Shown here one piece after another: positions 60,321 to 64,000 of a stretch of DNA of 64,000 nucleotides; within the stretch, counting starts at the first letter, position 1, and each line of letters opens with the position of its first letter. The stretch spans positions 182,094,001 to 182,158,000 of the forward strand of contig OZ024740.1 in assembly GCA_964016885.1 (NCBI GenBank), given 5' to 3'. Under the pieces are notes generated by a model. The model saw only the letters and a program-made list of their open reading frames with translations. It had not been told where the DNA came from and made no database searches. Position numbers and translations under genes: made by a program. The DNA is from Eledone cirrhosa. Lineage: Eukaryota.

Positions 60321-61756
60321 CACAAGAATTCTTTCACAGATCCAAATAAAAAATCTTCAACGGCACTATCAGGGGTACTCTGGCAACTTAAGCTAGATAA
60401 CGTTAGATATTCGACGGCTTGGAATATAGTCTCAAGAGGGATTCCTTTTAATTCATCCTCTGAGACATGTGACCTCTGCGCAGAGGAGATATTCTTTATA
60501 CTAAAATCTAAAAACTCCCTTAACCTACGGACAAATTTATTCAGTTGTTGCAAACATAGATTAAACTCAACGTTTAAATATAAATTTAAATTTAAAATGT
60601 AGTATATTTAGTTTGATTTATATTTATATGAGAACTAGCCGATAAATCTTTTGATTCCTAAATCTTTGATTCCCTCGTTTTACTCTTTTTTTTTTTTATT
60701 GTTTATTTTATTTTATTTATTTTTATTTTTATCTAAACATTCCTCATGAAAAATTAAGCTACCCTAAAAGCCGATGCTCCAAATTTTTTGAATTAACCTT
60801 ACACTAGATAAACTTCTATATTAAACATAGGAACATATGTAGACATTATTGGACATCATAATCTTTTTACGATATTCTTTGCTAGATGTGATTTGATAGA
60901 TAATTTTTGGCTTTGTCTTGTAGTGAACTTGGCAATATATTGTCAATTAACTTTGAAGGGTTGTTTTTTGTGGTTTATTTTTATTTTCATTTTTATTTTT
61001 ATTTTTATTTTTACTTTTATTCTTTTAGTATTGTAGTATTCTATAATATTTTTATTTTTATTTTATTTTTTTAATTATTTTTTTAATATTTTTTTAAAAA
61101 TATTTTTATATATTTTTATATGTAAATTTTTATATGTAAATTTTTATATGTATATTTTTATATGTAAATTTTTATATGTAAATCTTTAATACGTAATATT
61201 TTTTAATACGTAGTATTTTTAATATGCAATATTTTTATTATGTAATATTCTTTCGTAATATTTTTTTAGTTTTCTATTCTATATTTTTATATATTTTTAC
61301 TTATTATTATTATTATTGTTATCTTTGTTTATAATATAATATATATTTTCGATTAGTATATTGAAATCTGCTCTCTATTTCTGCTTGATAGATAATCTTG
61401 TAGAGTAATCGCAAGAATAATAATACGCTCAAATTTTTATACCACATTGAGAATGTTTTCCGATAATTTAGAGTTTGCGGAGTGAATCAGTTGGATTCAC
61501 ATTGAGATTTGTAGCTGTCACATAGACATATGAATTTTTAAAACTAAACATAAGATAATGAATTTTCACACATTGTGAATACTTGTTTCATTCAGGAATA
61601 CTGATATTTACAGTGTAGTGTAAGTTTTATAAATACTAATACATTAAAACATAGGGTTTTCTACGCCTCGAATATGTCTGGATATTTTTAAATTTTTTTC
61701 TCTCTCTATATCTCTCTATATCTCTCTATATATCTCCCTTACATTAATACTTGAGC

Positions 61757-61799
<43 letters not shown>

Positions 61800-62266
61800 A
61801 TGTATCATTGATACACTTACTCAAAATGACCTCCCACTACCTAATTTTCTATATATATATATGTATCTATCTCTATTTCCTCTCTCTCTATATATATATA
61901 TATCTTTCTGTCTCTTTACATGAAGCCCTTCACTTTATCTATTTTTCCATCTCTCTATTTTGTTCCATGCATTTCTTCTTTTTCTTTTTCTTCTTTTTCT
62001 TCCTTTTCTTCGTTTTGTCTTTCTTTCTTTCGTTTTTCCCTCTTTTCTTTCTCTCTTTCTTTCTCTCTGTATTTTCACTGCTAGCGTAAACCTCTTCAAA
62101 TGAAGTTGATGTTTATTACGGTATGTCGAATATATTTATCTATAAAACTGTTTATATTGTATTTTGTCTGATGAAGGCATAGCATATTGTTAATATGATA
62201 TCCCCGAAATATATATAATGAAATAAATATGGTTTTATAAATATAGTTTTCCATTTATTTAATATT
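60321..62266 (+). mobile_element. Second Naiad-like Penelope element, 5'-truncated (GIY-YIG C-terminus + ~1.6 kb 3' region)
   Basis: 60321-60602 reads HKNSFTDPNKKSSTALSGVLWQLK...CDLCAEEIFFILKSKNSLNLRTNLFSCCKHR, homologous to ~48700-48945. Confidence 0.85.
62130..62218 (+). ncRNA. Candidate hammerhead ribozyme, homologue of 50284-50352 (mirror copy at ~59683-59771, minus)
   Basis: CTGATGA at 62168-62174, long stem II with catatt/aatatg, GAAA at 62206-62209, (TA)n stem III. Confidence 0.5.
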
Positions 62267-62289
62267 ATATATAAATATATATATATAAA

Positions 62290-64000
62290 TATCATCATCA
62301 TCATCATCATCATCAACGTTTAACGTCCGTGTTCCACGCTTGCATGGGTTTGGACGGGGGTAGTCCCACTTGAGGCAAGAGTGATTGTCTTGCTCGCATA
62401 GGACTGTCTGGCAGGTTTTCTACAGTTGGATGCCCTTCCTAACACCAACCACATTTACAGTGTGGGTCTGGGAGGTTTTTACCGTGTTGCCTACACGGCC
62501 ACATTACAGCGTGGACTGTGTGTTTTTTTTGTCGTGACACCTACACGATCTCATTTGTTTCGGCCTGGATGGCGCGGCACCAACATAACTTTACATAGAA
62601 CAGGGTGGTGTGGATGGGGTGGGGGTGGGGGTGGTGGGACGGGGTGTATTTTGTTAGAGATGCCTACTGGCTGGAGTAGGTTTTACTATGTATTTAGGTA
62701 AGGCGGGTCTTCTCTGTTACTGAGTACCGCCAAAGGTCTCAGTCCAGTGACATTGTCTTGGAGAGGTGTAAGCGTGTGAGGTCGGAGTTTATCAGCTCAT
62801 CCCAGGTTTTTCTAGGTCTGCCTATTCCGTGGCTACCGTCTATCTTTATTGCCCTGCACTTTGTTATACAGCTATCGACTTTCATGCGCATCACGTGTCC
62901 ATACCAACGTAGCCTTCACTCGAGTAAACAACATCTGATCCCTCTTATCTCTAATTTTTTCCTTAGTTCGTTTATGCTTTGCCATTCACGTATATTACTG
63001 TTACACATCCAGCGGAGCATGCAAGCTTCGTTCCTCTCTAGTCTGCGTATATCCTCTGCACACAATGCCCAGGTCTCACTGCCATGCAACATTGCTGTTC
63101 GTATGCAGGCATCGTACAACCTGCCTTTCATTTTTAGGGAGAACCCTTTAGCAGCTAATAGTGGTATAACTCTCTGAACTTTTTCCAACCATTTCTGACT
63201 CTAGCTACTGTACTTTCAGAGCACCATCCCCCACTGCTGATTTTATCGCCCAGGTAACGGAAGCTGTCCACTATTTCTATAGAACCCTCTGCGCAATCGA
63301 AAGAGCTAGTATTTAGTGGGCACTTGCTGCTACTTATTGCACCAGAGCACCGGCCACATGTAAAATCTATGTTCTTAGTTAGCTTACCTGTGATCCCACT
63401 ACATCTTGTATGCACCCATACTTTGCATTTAGGACGTAAAATGGAGTTTCTACCTACGCCTTTCCTACACACCGAGCACAACCATTTCCCAGAAGGGACC
63501 GCCGCCTTGTTTTCTTTCCTACAAACTAGAACTTTAGTCTTAGCCAGGTTAATTTTAAGTCCTTTTGACTCTAGGCCGTGCTTCCATGTTTGGAATTTCT
63601 TCTCTAGCTCGGCCATTGATTCAGCTATGAGTGTCAGGTCGTCTGCGTATAGGAGTTCCCATGGGCAGCCGGTCTTGAACTCCTCTGTTATAGCCTGAAG
63701 GGCAATAATAAATAGTAGGGGGCTGAGAACAGAACCCTGATGGACGCCAACTTTTACGCTAAACTCTTCACTATATTCGTTGTTAATTCTAACCTTGCTG
63801 ACTGTTTCTTTATACATGGCTTGTATAGCCATCACAAGCCATTCGTCAATGCCTAGTTTTCCAAGAGCCCACCAGATAATGGAGCGGGGGACTCTGTCGA
63901 AGGCTTTCTCCAAGTCGACAAAAGCTAAGTAGAGGGGTTTACCTTTAGCTAGGTACTTCTCCTGTAGTTGTCGTACAATGAAAAGAGCGTCTGTGGTACT
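62290..64000 (-). mobile_element. RTE LINE (RT + PHD-like Cys domain + long 3' UTR + (GAT)n tail), runs off the window
   Basis: FVDLEKAFDRVPR, VGVHQGSVLSPLLF, LLYADD, frameshift at ~63190, HGSETW, RWYGHV. Tail cccatgcaagcgtggaacacggacgttaaacgtt(gat)n. Confidence 0.92.

Noticed and set aside
59812-62089. Two identical 93-aa ORFs
   Set aside because: Translations of low-complexity sequence in the inverted-repeat arms.

Overview
AT-rich eukaryotic DNA, almost entirely transposon-derived. The SINE/LINE repertoire and (TA)n density suggest a cephalopod such as Octopus (inference). The main structure is a ~22 kb head-to-tail train of non-LTR retrotransposons (22410-44532) in which every junction is a (TAA)n microsatellite. 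It holds three copies of R4/Dong-like family A, one of R4/Dong-like family B, and one apparently intact two-ORF Tx1-clade element in the opposite orientation. A smaller B-(TAA)n-A train lies at 4201-8765. The window also holds Penelope-like elements (two Naiad-like families with hammerhead-like 3' ends and inverted partial copies), a stand-alone minimal hammerhead, degenerate RTE LINEs, a mariner remnant, piggyBac/hAT/mariner-type MITEs, many tRNA-derived SINEs and one plausible host coding exon (56092-56246, minus). Family assignments rest on motif recognition by eye; no database search or folding program was run.
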